Positions 28,663-38,577 of a stretch of DNA of 64,000 nucleotides are shown piece by piece. Source of the stretch: Candidatus Parcubacteria bacterium (GTDB lineage: Bacteria > Patescibacteriota > Minisyncoccia > Phycocordibacterales > JBAYGS01). Each line of letters opens with the position of its first letter. Within the stretch, counting starts at the first letter, position 1. The position numbers and the translations under genes are program-made. The DNA is taken from NCBI GenBank assembly GCA_039795895.1, contig JBDKKW010000002.1, forward strand, positions 7,347-71,346, in the 5' to 3' direction. The notes beneath the pieces are model-generated. The model ran no database searches and was not told where the DNA came from. It worked only from the letters and a program-made list of their open reading frames with translations.

Positions 28663-30192
28663 ATGGCGTCGCAATCACACTTCGATAAGAAATTAAAAAT
28701 GGTCGGATCTTTAATCACCAAACTCCGCGAAGAGCGAGGTCTCACCCAGGAGGCACTAGCTGAAAAGATCGGCACCACCCAAAGTGGCCTGGCCCGTATC
28801 GAGTCTGGTGAACAAAACATCACAACAGAGACTCTTGCTAAAATTTCTGGTGCGCTTGAGAAAAATATTATCGAAGTATCAAAGGGCGGACTCAATATCG
28901 AAATTGAAGGTGGACATACTCTCTCAGGGACCATCGAGACCAAAACTTCCAAGAACGCCGCTGTGGGACTGCTCTGTGCTTCCCTGCTCAACCGCAACAC
29001 CACCCTCCTCAAACAAGTCCCAAGAATCGAAGAGGTAAATCGTATCATCGAAGTGCTCGAGAGTATTGGGGTCACTGTGACCTGGATTGGCAACGATCTT
29101 GAAATCAAACCACCAAAGACCTTCTCACTCGACAAGCTCAATATCGAATCTGCTATCAAAACTCGCAGTGTGATTATGCTCATCGGTCCACTGATCCACC
29201 ACTTAAAAAACTTTGCGATCCCCTACGCGGGAGGTTGTCGCTTGGGCTCTCGCACTATCAACCCGCACTTTTTTGCTCTCGAGAAACTTGGCCTGAAAAT
29301 TAAAACGGCATCAAAACAGTACGAGATATCGACCAAGAAATTAAAGGCGAACTATATTGTCCTCTACGAATCCGGCGACACCGTGACTGAAAATGTATTA
29401 ATGGCTTCAGCACTGATCCCTGGAAAAACAACTATCCGCTTTGCTTCGGCAAATTATCAGGTGCAAGATGTGTGCTTCTTCCTCGAAAGTCTCGGGGTGA
29501 AGATTGAGGGTATCGGTACCACCACCCTCGTCGTGCACGGTGTAGAAAATATTGATCGACCTATCACACATTTCTTGAGCGAAGATCCGATCGACTCAAT
29601 GTTTTTCATTGCTACCGCCATCCTCACCAAGTCGAGCCTCACCATCACTCGCTGTCCCATCGACTTTTTAGAAATTGAACTCTTGAAGCTCGAAAAAATG
29701 GGATTCAAATACAAAATCCTTAAGCGATACAAGTCGCGAAATGGTCAGACCAATCTCGTCGATATAAAAACATTCCCATCGACACTCAAGGCTCTTCAAG
29801 ACAAGATTGAATCTCGGCCGTATCCCGGGCTCAACATCGACAACCTCCCCTTCTTTGCCGTGATTGCCACGCAAGCGAAAGGTCAAACCTTGATCCACGA
29901 TTGGGTCTATGAAGAACGCGCCATCTACTACAAGGAGCTCGATAAGTTGCGCGCAGATACTATTCTTGCCGACCCACATCGACTCTATGTGAACGGTCCA
30001 ACCGAGCTCAAAGGTGCTGAAGTGGTCTCGCCTCCAGCGCTCCGTCCCGCAGCCATCATCCTCATCGGCATGCTCGGCGCCACAGGCAAATCTATCCTCC
30101 GCAATATCTATAGTATCAATCGTGGCTACGAAGATATTATCAAGCGACTACAGAGTTTGGGGGCGAAGATTAAGGTACTCCGAGATTTTTAA
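28663..30192 (+). CDS. murA: UDP-N-acetylglucosamine 1-carboxyvinyltransferase with N-terminal XRE HTH
   Basis: HTH LTQEALAEKIGTTQSGLARIESG, then SKNAA, GGCRLGSR, PYPG, LRPAA. Confidence 0.92.
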   Translation: MASQSHFDKKLKMVGSLITKLREERGLTQEALAEKIGTTQSGLARIESGEQNITTETLAKISGALEKNIIEVSKGGLNIEIEGGHTLSGTIETKTSKNAAVGLLCASLLNRNTTLLKQVPRIEEVNRIIEVLESIGVTVTWIGNDLEIKPPKTFSLDKLNIESAIKTRSVIMLIGPLIHHLKNFAIPYAGGCRLGSRTINPHFFALEKLGLKIKTASKQYEISTKKLKANYIVLYESGDTVTENVLMASALIPGKTTIRFASANYQVQDVCFFLESLGVKIEGIGTTTLVVHGVENIDRPITHFLSEDPIDSMFFIATAILTKSSLTITRCPIDFLEIELLKLEKMGFKYKILKRYKSRNGQTNLVDIKTFPSTLKALQDKIESRPYPGLNIDNLPFFAVIATQAKGQTLIHDWVYEERAIYYKELDKLRADTILADPHRLYVNGPTELKGAEVVSPPALRPAAIILIGMLGATGKSILRNIYSINRGYEDIIKRLQSLGAKIKVLRDF

Positions 30193-30340
30193 GGCAAAGA
30201 GTCAGACAAAAGACAACAGAACACAGATTACAGATCGGAAAATCGGGCGTCCACAACGGATGCCCGATTTTCCTTGCGTTTCACTCAACATAGAGTTATT
30301 GTGCAAAGAGAATTGTTACTTTCAAAAAGAAAGGCTCGCT

Positions 30341-30811
30341 ATGTCCCGTCAACATTTTCGGTCATGGGAAGAAATATGGAAAATTATCGACCCAAACAGC
30401 CTCATCGGCACTACTGTCGAGGTGTGGTACACACCTCCCGAAGCAATGTCGTTTACCGCAGACGAAAAAGCAGAAGCTGAACTTACTGGATACTTTCGTT
30501 TCTGCATAATTGGAGTGCGTGTCGGCTCAGAGCACAATCCATTTGTAACGGGACAATGGTACGAGTATGACAAGACAAGTAATGCATGGAAAGCCTCGGG
30601 AGCCGAGATAGATTGTATGCATGTCAAAGAAAGAGGGGGTCTTTCAAGAATCACTGTATCAGATGGAAAAATTACAAGTGTACACCCCAAACTAAACATC
30701 CATGTGATATTTCACCCCAGAGAAAAACCAGTGCCCTTAAATCATGGTCGGGCAATAACGGTGGCCGAAATATTCGAACTTTTTCAAAAGAGGGCTGCCG
30801 CAAGAAATTAG
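30341..30811 (+). CDS. Hypothetical protein
   Basis: AGAAAGG RBS; terminator at ~30819-30856. Confidence 0.7.
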   Translation: MSRQHFRSWEEIWKIIDPNSLIGTTVEVWYTPPEAMSFTADEKAEAELTGYFRFCIIGVRVGSEHNPFVTGQWYEYDKTSNAWKASGAEIDCMHVKERGGLSRITVSDGKITSVHPKLNIHVIFHPREKPVPLNHGRAITVAEIFELFQKRAAARN

Positions 30812-30935
30812 TGACTTCAAGACGGGCATTCGTTGCGAATGCCCGTCTTTTTCTTTTCTGGCCTAATGTCTAACTACTAATGTCTACTGTCTGTGTTCTG
30901 TTGTCTGTAATCTAATTCCATGCCACTATAGTCCT

Positions 30936-32843
30936 ATGAAAGTCATTCGCGTCATCCCCATTGCCAAAGGCATCGGTCGCGAAACCCTCTCGTATTTCAC
31001 CGGTGCAGACGTGACCGTCGGCAACATCGTCAAAGTCCCACTCCGAAATCGGATTATTTCTGGACTGATAGTAGCAGTAGAAAATGCCGAGGATCTCAAG
31101 GCCAATCTCAAAACGCTCGACTACGAAATCCGTCGTGTCGAAAAAGTCCACGCCGAAGCAGGCCTCCCCGAAAGCTTCATCACCACTTGTGCCAAGATTG
31201 CAGAGATTTCCTACACCACCACCGGAAGTATTCTGTCGGCAATGACCCCGAATTTTCTCTTTGATGGTACCGTCATCAAAAAACTCTCCCGCATTCACGA
31301 GATGAAAGTGGCTCCACACGTCATCTCCGAGAAATTATCGATTCAAGCCGACGACGAAGAACGCTTCTCACACTACAAGAGCCTCATCCGAGAAGATTTC
31401 GCCAAAAAGCGCTCAGTCTTTCTCTGCCTCCCATCAATTCAAGAAATCGAGACCGTCAAGGAAGCGCTCGAAAAGGGCATCGAGCCGTACACTTATGTAT
31501 TGACCAGCCAGATCGAAGCCAAAGAACTCAAAAAGATTTGGAAAGACATTGCTCAAAATCCACACTCACTCCTCATCATCGGCACTCCACACTTTCTCCC
31601 TGTCTTTCGAGATGATATCGGGACTATTATTATCGAGCGCGAAAATGCCAAAGGCTACTATCTCCGCGAGCGACCATACAGCGACACTCGACTCTTCACT
31701 GAGCTTTTTGCGGAAAGCTTGGGTGCGAGATTGATCGTCGGCGACGCACTACTCCGCACCGAGACTATCTGGCGTACCAAATCAGGAGATCTTCACGAAT
31801 ACGCACCCCTCAAATTTCGTTCACTTTCGACTGCGGTCGTCAGCAAAATCGATATGCGAGTGTACAGCGAAGCGGGAGGCAGAAAGTTTAGCCTCCTGTC
31901 AGATGAAGCCCATCATCTCATTTTAGAAAACAAACCAAAAAGTGAACACTGCTTCATCTTCTGTGCTCGACGAGGTCTCTCACCATCGACCGTTTGTAGC
32001 GACTGCGGAACGACCGTCGCCTGCTCGACCTGTGGCGCCCCGACCGTCCTCCATGGCATGACCGGCAAAGATGTCGACACCAACAATTTCTTCATGTGTC
32101 ACCGCTGTGGCGAAAAAAGGTCCGCTCGAGAAGTCTGTGTGCACTGTGGTGGCTGGAGATTGAAAGCTCTCGGGGTCGGCATCGACAGCGTTGAAGTCGA
32201 AATCAAACGACTCCATCCTGAAAGCACCGTCTTTATTCTCGACAAAGATCGCATCAAGACCCACGAAAAAGCCAAAGAGATTGTCCGAAAGTTTGGAGAG
32301 ACTCCGGGAAGTATCTTGCTCGGCACCGAAATGGCGCTCCCCTATCTCACCTTCAAAATCCAATCGACCATCATCGCCTCACTCGACTCATTTTTTTCTA
32401 TTCCCGATTTTCGAATTGGCGAGCGAATTATGCAAATCTTGATCAAGCTCCGCAGTATCACCACCGAGCAATTCCTCCTCCAAACCAGAAACCCCGACGC
32501 CAAGCTCCTCGAGTACGGCCTCAAAGGCAACCTGCTTGATTTTTATAAAGATGAAATCACTGAGCGTGAACAATTCCTCTATCCACCGTTTAAAACTATT
32601 ATCAAGCTAACTCTCGAGGGCACCAAGGACCGCGTGAGTGGACTCATCGCCGAAGCAAAACAAAAATTCGCCTCTTTTACTCCCGACGTCTTCCCGGCTT
32701 TCCTCTCCATGCGCAAAGGACAGGTGTCGATGAATATGTTGATCAAGACTGATCCCAAAAAGTCAGATCCAGCACTCAATGAGAAGATTAATTCGCTGAC
32801 GCAGGAGTGGAGCGTGAGCGTGAACCCAGAAAGTTTGCTGTAG
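30936..32843 (+). CDS. priA: PriA-like primosomal protein with degenerate helicase motifs
   Basis: N-terminal VKVPLRNR 3'-binding domain, RRG plus four CxxC, QTRNP, YPPF. Confidence 0.88.
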   Translation: MKVIRVIPIAKGIGRETLSYFTGADVTVGNIVKVPLRNRIISGLIVAVENAEDLKANLKTLDYEIRRVEKVHAEAGLPESFITTCAKIAEISYTTTGSILSAMTPNFLFDGTVIKKLSRIHEMKVAPHVISEKLSIQADDEERFSHYKSLIREDFAKKRSVFLCLPSIQEIETVKEALEKGIEPYTYVLTSQIEAKELKKIWKDIAQNPHSLLIIGTPHFLPVFRDDIGTIIIERENAKGYYLRERPYSDTRLFTELFAESLGARLIVGDALLRTETIWRTKSGDLHEYAPLKFRSLSTAVVSKIDMRVYSEAGGRKFSLLSDEAHHLILENKPKSEHCFIFCARRGLSPSTVCSDCGTTVACSTCGAPTVLHGMTGKDVDTNNFFMCHRCGEKRSAREVCVHCGGWRLKALGVGIDSVEVEIKRLHPESTVFILDKDRIKTHEKAKEIVRKFGETPGSILLGTEMALPYLTFKIQSTIIASLDSFFSIPDFRIGERIMQILIKLRSITTEQFLLQTRNPDAKLLEYGLKGNLLDFYKDEITEREQFLYPPFKTIIKLTLEGTKDRVSGLIAEAKQKFASFTPDVFPAFLSMRKGQVSMNMLIKTDPKKSDPALNEKINSLTQEWSVSVNPESLL

Positions 32844-32965
32844 AATCTCTAAAATCACCTCATCTGCTTTGTCGCCGACTCCGCCCGCTCCCGCGCAGTA
32901 GCTCCATCTACAGCTTGGTCACGGTACTCATCGGCTTCGCGCATCTGAGGCAATTTTAGAGATTC
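32843..32965 (+). repeat. Palindromic element family A, copy 2
   Basis: Reverse complement of the 144-266 interior; begins at the G of the priA TAG. Confidence 0.9.
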
Positions 32966-33024
32966 TCTCTCGACCTCCACAGTGTACTTCCTACTTTATA
33001 CTTTTTACTTTATACTCTCTGTAT

Positions 33025-33552
33025 ATGCCCATCATCGACCGAGAAAACCCTATATTGCGCCAGACGGCAGTCGAAATTCCGCTTGAGAAAATCGGCTCAA
33101 AAGAGGTGCTCGGTATTATCGCCGAGATGAAAGCCGAGCTCGCAAAACAAAGCGACGGTGTAGCTATCGCTGCTCCTCAAATCGGCCACTCGGTCCGAAT
33201 CTTTGTCATCTCCGGACGAACCCTCGAGATGCTCGCCCACGAAGACGGTGATGCCGATTTTAAAGAAACCACCAAGACTCCCGACAAGGTATTCATCAAT
33301 CCTAAAATCACCAAATCATCTCGCAAGAAGACCGCCATGGAAGAAGGATGTCTTTCGGTCCGCTATTTGTATGGTAAGGTGAAGCGTAGTGAAAAAGCCA
33401 CGGTTGAAGCCTACGATGAGCATGGTAAAAAGTTTGTCTTGCCGGGCACCGGACTGCTCGCACAAATCTTCCAGCACGAAACCGACCACCTCAATGGCGC
33501 GCTTTTCATCGACACTGCGACAGATGTCATCGACCTGCCTCCAAAAAAGTAA
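33025..33552 (+). CDS. def: Peptide deformylase
   Basis: GVAIAAPQIG, EGCLS, QHETDHLNG. Confidence 0.97.
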   Translation: MPIIDRENPILRQTAVEIPLEKIGSKEVLGIIAEMKAELAKQSDGVAIAAPQIGHSVRIFVISGRTLEMLAHEDGDADFKETTKTPDKVFINPKITKSSRKKTAMEEGCLSVRYLYGKVKRSEKATVEAYDEHGKKFVLPGTGLLAQIFQHETDHLNGALFIDTATDVIDLPPKK

Positions 33553-33566
33553 TTTACACAAATACC

Positions 33567-34457
33567 ATGGTAATGTTTACTCAAAAATATAGTGGTCCCG
33601 CCTTTCGCTTTGTGTTTTTTGGCACCTCTTTTTTTGCTACCGAAATTTTAAACGCGCTCGAACAGTACGGACTCACTCCGAGCCTGCTTGTCGCCACTCC
33701 CGATGCCCCACAAGGCCGTCGATTGATTTTGACTTCTCCACCAACCAAGGTTTGGGCGGAAAGTCGAGGTATCCCCGTGTACCAGCCGACCACTCTCAAG
33801 GATGGTGAGGCGGTCAAACGGCTCGCGAGAGAAAATGCCGACATTTTTCTAGTAGCTTCATACGGCAAGATTATTCCGCAAGCAGTCTTTGAGTTACCAA
33901 AAAGAAAGACCCTCAATATTCATCCATCCCTTCTGCCAAAACTCCGCGGTGCTTCGCCTATTCAGACCGCTATTGTCTCTGACACTCGCGACACTGGAGT
34001 CACCATCATCCAAATCGATGAGAAGATGGACCACGGACCAATCGTCGCTCAAGAGAAATTAAATCTGAGTGAGTGGCCGGTAACGACCGCCGAGCTTAAG
34101 ACTATTTCGGCAAAGAAATCAATCGAGATGTTGGTCAAAGCACTTCCTGACTGGCTTTCAGGAAAGCTTATCCCAACTCCTCAAAATGAATCCGAAGTCA
34201 CCTTTACAAAGATGATCACCAAAGCCGAAGGCGAGATTGATCTCTCGGGCAACGCCTACCAAAATTTCCTCAAGATCAAAGCCTACACCCCGTGGCCAGG
34301 CACCTACTTTTTCGTCAAAAATGGCGACACACAAGTCCGCGTGATTATTAAAAGTGCAATTTACAAAAACAAGACTCTCGAAATTCTCCGTGTTATTCCC
34401 GAGGGCAAAAAAGAAATGAATTATTCGGATTTTTTGAAAGGTTTGCGAAAATCCTAA
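33567..34457 (+). CDS. fmt: Methionyl-tRNA formyltransferase
   Basis: FFGT..FA, NIHPSLLPKLRGASPIQ, MDHGP. Confidence 0.96.
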   Translation: MVMFTQKYSGPAFRFVFFGTSFFATEILNALEQYGLTPSLLVATPDAPQGRRLILTSPPTKVWAESRGIPVYQPTTLKDGEAVKRLARENADIFLVASYGKIIPQAVFELPKRKTLNIHPSLLPKLRGASPIQTAIVSDTRDTGVTIIQIDEKMDHGPIVAQEKLNLSEWPVTTAELKTISAKKSIEMLVKALPDWLSGKLIPTPQNESEVTFTKMITKAEGEIDLSGNAYQNFLKIKAYTPWPGTYFFVKNGDTQVRVIIKSAIYKNKTLEILRVIPEGKKEMNYSDFLKGLRKS

Positions 34458-34516
34458 GCTCTATGCTACAGTGCTTTTAGCACGTTCTTCAACATCCCAA
34501 AAGAGAAAGGTTTCGT

Positions 34517-34900
34517 ATGAGTAAGCCTCGGAAAAGCAATAAACCACAGACAACCGGATTACCTCCAGCCATTCGTCCCAGCCAGGAAGTGATGGACCAA
34601 TTCTGGAACGGTGTATTCAAACGTCTAGATGAGGTAATACCTGCTCCAGCCTCTCGGGTAGTTAATCATCGATTCGCCGAAGCCCCTGTCGTCGAAAAGT
34701 TCCCGAAGTATCTCATGAAGATCAACGGGCAAAGGAAATTCCTCTCGTTTGAAAGAGCCTACGTAATGTTTGATAGTGGATCCGACCAGGTAGAATTTGG
34801 TCGATATGTACTCGAAGCTGACTTTTCGGTCAGAAAAATGACCGACGAAGATAGGGAGGCAATTTCAGAAGCCGCTGAAAGATACAGCGATTCAAAATAA
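34517..34900 (+). CDS. Hypothetical protein
   Basis: GAGAAAGG RBS; terminator at ~34907-34938. Confidence 0.7.
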   Translation: MSKPRKSNKPQTTGLPPAIRPSQEVMDQFWNGVFKRLDEVIPAPASRVVNHRFAEAPVVEKFPKYLMKINGQRKFLSFERAYVMFDSGSDQVEFGRYVLEADFSVRKMTDEDREAISEAAERYSDSK

Positions 34901-35049
34901 CCTTCGCCCGTCGCGAGTATACGCGACGGGTTTTTTATTGCCAAAATTACAAAGCTCGTGGTAGAGTGATTTTGGCAACGTTCATTTAACAACACCCAGT
35001 AGTAGAAATGAGAATTTCACTACGGGGTACACAAAGAGAAAGGCAACCT

Positions 35050-35520
35050 ATGGGCAAGCCCCACATTCATGCTCAAAACTCGGTTAATCGCTGGGGAGGC
35101 AAAGTGGAAGACTATCTCCCCATCCACGAACTCTTGGATTCAAGCGCGGTCACCTTTGGTGACGTTCGACATCGGACACTGACTCACAACCAATGGTTTA
35201 TCAGAACCATCCTACCTAAAGTCTTGGGGATTACTATCACCAATTCTGACGGCAAGACTGTATCCACAATCGAAATCGCTGAGTGGCATGTGCTGGAGGA
35301 TTTTGGCAACAAATTCATCCCCGCGGTGAGCGATTATTTGGCTCAAATTCCACTCAAACCATGGATGGACAATGCCAGAGACGGTGAGACTCCACCAAGC
35401 AGAGACTGGGCTCCGAAAAGTAATGAGGAAGCCCTCGAGTTCCTGAGAAATGGTCCGAAAGACCCCGTGGAGGTGGAACGCAGTGCTTGTTGGGATGCTC
35501 CTCCGGGGACCATGGACTAA
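35050..35520 (+). CDS. DUF6915-like protein
   Basis: PHIHAQNSVNRWGGKVEDYLPIHELLDSS...RHRTLTHN...HVLED pattern (family recalled, not searched). Confidence 0.7.
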   Translation: MGKPHIHAQNSVNRWGGKVEDYLPIHELLDSSAVTFGDVRHRTLTHNQWFIRTILPKVLGITITNSDGKTVSTIEIAEWHVLEDFGNKFIPAVSDYLAQIPLKPWMDNARDGETPPSRDWAPKSNEEALEFLRNGPKDPVEVERSACWDAPPGTMD

Positions 35521-35637
35521 TCCGACTCTTTTGCTTATTCACAACCTCGCCTTGCTGGCGGGGTTTTTCTTTTGTCCGCACAAAAGAAAAACCCCGTACG
35601 GAAAATACCGTACGGGGTGCGAGAGAACATCAATCAA

Positions 35638-36492
35638 TCAGTGGCGAGGAGGAATGGGAGGATTTTCTCGCAAATAAAGCCAGACTGAAAATACATACCA
35701 GTCCAGCCAGGCGAAGACTGCTCCACCTACCCCACCGACACACGTACCAAAGGCAAGCGACTCTGTCCGCACGCCGACATAAAAGCCAGCGAGCATCCCG
35801 AGTGCTACCGAGACACTGTATACCAGTCGCTCGTCGGTATGTGCCGACTTCAACAGCGCCACGAAGTGACCCCAGAACCAACTGATCACTTTCGGCACAG
35901 ATTCAAGAATCCACGCGAGGAGCCCGATCACTTTGAGCGCATAAAACACAACCCAACCGTGAGACAACAAAAGATTCGTGGCGAGCTTCAAATGCTTGAT
36001 ACTTCGCCAAACCTTTTCCCTGTCAGAGATCGTACCAATCGTACCTGAAAGGTCATTGGAGAGCACCCAAAGATAAGAAATAATCATGGATGCCATAATA
36101 AAAACACAGTGTGTGGTGGTCATATCGGCCTTACTACCTAACTCTAATATTCGACTATAAAGGACGTAATACCACAGAGTAGCAAATACAGCAGACTGTC
36201 CAAACCACACTCCAAAAAAGAGAATAAATAGGCGAATCTGATACCTCGTAAGCTTCTGCATGTGTTTCTCGTACCGAGTCTTCTTTTTCATCAACTCGGC
36301 CCTCATGATCGCAAGACGATCTTTGACCGCAAGAGCGAAGCCTTTGAGATCAGCCGAGACCCAAGCGCAGGCCGTGCCGAAGATGAAGGCAAGAACGACG
36401 AGAACGTGGTTGGCACGAAAAGCCAGAGCCAGCAGGGTGAAGATTGCACCGATTGAGGCACACGAGATGAGACGATGTCCAATTGAGTTCAT
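35638..36492 (-). CDS. Hypothetical multi-pass membrane protein
   Basis: Several hydrophobic segments; GGAAAGG RBS. Confidence 0.7.
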   Translation of the reverse strand: MNSIGHRLISCASIGAIFTLLALAFRANHVLVVLAFIFGTACAWVSADLKGFALAVKDRLAIMRAELMKKKTRYEKHMQKLTRYQIRLFILFFGVWFGQSAVFATLWYYVLYSRILELGSKADMTTTHCVFIMASMIISYLWVLSNDLSGTIGTISDREKVWRSIKHLKLATNLLLSHGWVVFYALKVIGLLAWILESVPKVISWFWGHFVALLKSAHTDERLVYSVSVALGMLAGFYVGVRTESLAFGTCVGGVGGAVFAWLDWYVFSVWLYLRENPPIPPRH

Positions 36493-36664
36493 TTGAGTTC
36501 CTTTCCAACTGATTTTGTTTTTGAGTAAAACACGGGGTTTTATCTCGACTGTTCCGCAGTAGAGATTACACATAAACTACTATATTGTCAATACGAAAAG
36601 CCCCGGAAAATCGTTGCGATTTTCCGGGGCTTTTTCCTGTCTTTTGTCTGTGTTCTGTTGTCTA

Positions 36665-37309
36665 TTATCTAACTTCGATCGACTTCACCACAATCGCCGT
36701 CTCAGGAATATCATTCTGTCCTGTTCGTACATTTTCTATTTTATCCACCACATCCATTCCCTTCACCACTTTACCGAAGACTGTATGATGTCCATCAAGC
36801 CATGGAGTCGAAGGCGCGGTCACAATGAAAAATTGTGAGCCGTTGGTATTTGGTCCTGAGTTTGCCATCGCGAGTACGCCACGTACCAGCTTCTCACTAT
36901 TGATTTCATCCGCAAATGCATAGCCCGGACCACCACGACCATACAATGTCTTATCATCACCCTTTGAAAGCGGATCACCACCTTGGATCATAAAGCCTTT
37001 GATCACGCGATGGAACTTGGTCAAATTGTAAAAATCCTTCTGTGCGAGAGCAACAAAATTTGCTACGGTCTTTGGCGCTTTGTCAGCAAAGAACGCAATT
37101 TCGATATCGCCCGATGTCGTGTGCAAAATCACTCCAGTTGGGTTTTTAATTTCAGTTGGTTTAGTTGGTTCGGTCATAGTTTCTTTTTTTATTTCATTAG
37201 TTGCGGTGGTACCTTGAGTTTCAATACGTGGTTTGTTGTAGATACCCACGATCAAGCCAAGTGCTAACACTACCACAACTGCCCAAACAATAGTCGCATT
37301 ATGTGACAT
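36665..37309 (-). CDS. Cyclophilin-type peptidyl-prolyl isomerase with N-terminal anchor
   Basis: FHRVIKGFMIQGGDP, AMANSGPNTNGSQFFI. Confidence 0.96.
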   Translation of the reverse strand: MSHNATIVWAVVVVLALGLIVGIYNKPRIETQGTTATNEIKKETMTEPTKPTEIKNPTGVILHTTSGDIEIAFFADKAPKTVANFVALAQKDFYNLTKFHRVIKGFMIQGGDPLSKGDDKTLYGRGGPGYAFADEINSEKLVRGVLAMANSGPNTNGSQFFIVTAPSTPWLDGHHTVFGKVVKGMDVVDKIENVRTGQNDIPETAIVVKSIEVR

Positions 37310-37339
37310 TACTTTTTAAAAATTACTACTAATTGAGTA

Positions 37340-37723
37340 TTATTCTGCATCACCCTCTCCTCCCGTCATACCCTTAAACATATTCTTAATCTTCTGCCCT
37401 CCTCGACGCAACAACGAAAGCTTTTTTGTCTTATTACTTCGAAGCTCAGCGAGCATTTGATCTTTTACCACATCAATCGCAGCATAGAGATCAGACTCCT
37501 CTGCTTCCGCTCGAAAACTTTTACCTCCCACATGGAGATTGATTTCCGCTCGAAAGACGTCGCCTGATTTATGATGTTTACTGACCTTCCCCAACTCGAC
37601 ATAGCACATCGCTGAGTCATCGGTTGAGGCAACAAATTTATCAAAAGCAGTCAGTCGCTTTGCCAAATACTCTGAGATGGCTGTCGTAAGCTCCATCTGC
37701 GTTGCTTTGACGTTTGTTTTCAT
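37340..37723 (-). CDS. hpf: Ribosome hibernation factor (HPF/RaiA)
   Basis: MKTNVKATQMELTTAISEY...DLYAAID. Confidence 0.9.
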   Translation of the reverse strand: MKTNVKATQMELTTAISEYLAKRLTAFDKFVASTDDSAMCYVELGKVSKHHKSGDVFRAEINLHVGGKSFRAEAEESDLYAAIDVVKDQMLAELRSNKTKKLSLLRRGGQKIKNMFKGMTGGEGDAE

Positions 37724-37800
37724 AGGATTACTTTAATTAACTGTTAACCCTCTTACACTCTAAGTATACCAAATAAGTAGCCGAAAAAGAACACGTATTG

Positions 37801-38025
37801 TTACACAATATCCACCGAAATAATCTTTGATGGAGACTGATGCCCACTGACGATTCGTATCGCTTTTGCTCGCGGACCGAAATGTTCCCGCACAAGCGCA
37901 AGCACTCGCGTGTTCGCTCGATTTTGTTCCGCCGGCTCTTTTACCCGTATGTCAAAATGATCGTCCGCTATTTTGGTAAATTGCTCCTCTTTTGAGTCGG
38001 GAGTAACTTTGAGTTTGATATACAT
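37801..38025 (-). CDS. DUF167 (YggU-like) protein
   Basis: VKEPAEQNRAN...IVSGHQSPSK. Confidence 0.85.
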   Translation of the reverse strand: MYIKLKVTPDSKEEQFTKIADDHFDIRVKEPAEQNRANTRVLALVREHFGPRAKAIRIVSGHQSPSKIISVDIV

Positions 38026-38109
38026 ATATGGAAGTATGCAGTAAAAAGTAAAATGTATAAAGGATAGAAAAAACCGCCCCTTTCGGAACGGTTTGTGAGC
38101 TGAAAAGTC

Positions 38110-38577
38110 TTACTGACTTTGCTGATACTCATTGAGGATCAGAATGAACGGGTATCGCCTACCCGTGTAGGCATAGCCTCGCAAAATATCCTTCATCCCG
38201 CGATGCTCTTCGTGATAGCCGAAGTTGAACGACAGTCGATTGGCCCACCAGTAATACCAGAAGCCTTCGGTTGCCACGAATTCTCGCCAGCCTCGCACAT
38301 TGAATTGCACCAGTTTGGCATTGTATCCGCGACCAGCCGATGAGACTTCGACTCTAATCGGTCGAGTGTCGATCTTTACCACTACCACCCACGGGGCAGT
38401 AATGTGCCATCCGCCAGTCTCCTGAAGCCACACATCACCCGTAATATAATTTCGGGCAATACCCGCTTGCGTGGGTTCGGTGTAGTTGAGGAGTGCACAG
38501 TAGCCAATGAGGATAAGCAGAGACGTTCCACCCCCGAGACCTACCCACTTTTGCCACTTGAGAAGAAAGTCTTTCAC
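38110..38577 (-). CDS. Membrane-anchored protein, SPFH-N-like; paralog of 38574-39131
   Basis: TM, GWHITAPW, IDTRP, NAKLVQFN. Confidence 0.7.
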   Translation of the reverse strand: MKDFLLKWQKWVGLGGGTSLLILIGYCALLNYTEPTQAGIARNYITGDVWLQETGGWHITAPWVVVVKIDTRPIRVEVSSAGRGYNAKLVQFNVRGWREFVATEGFWYYWWANRLSFNFGYHEEHRGMKDILRGYAYTGRRYPFILILNEYQQSQ

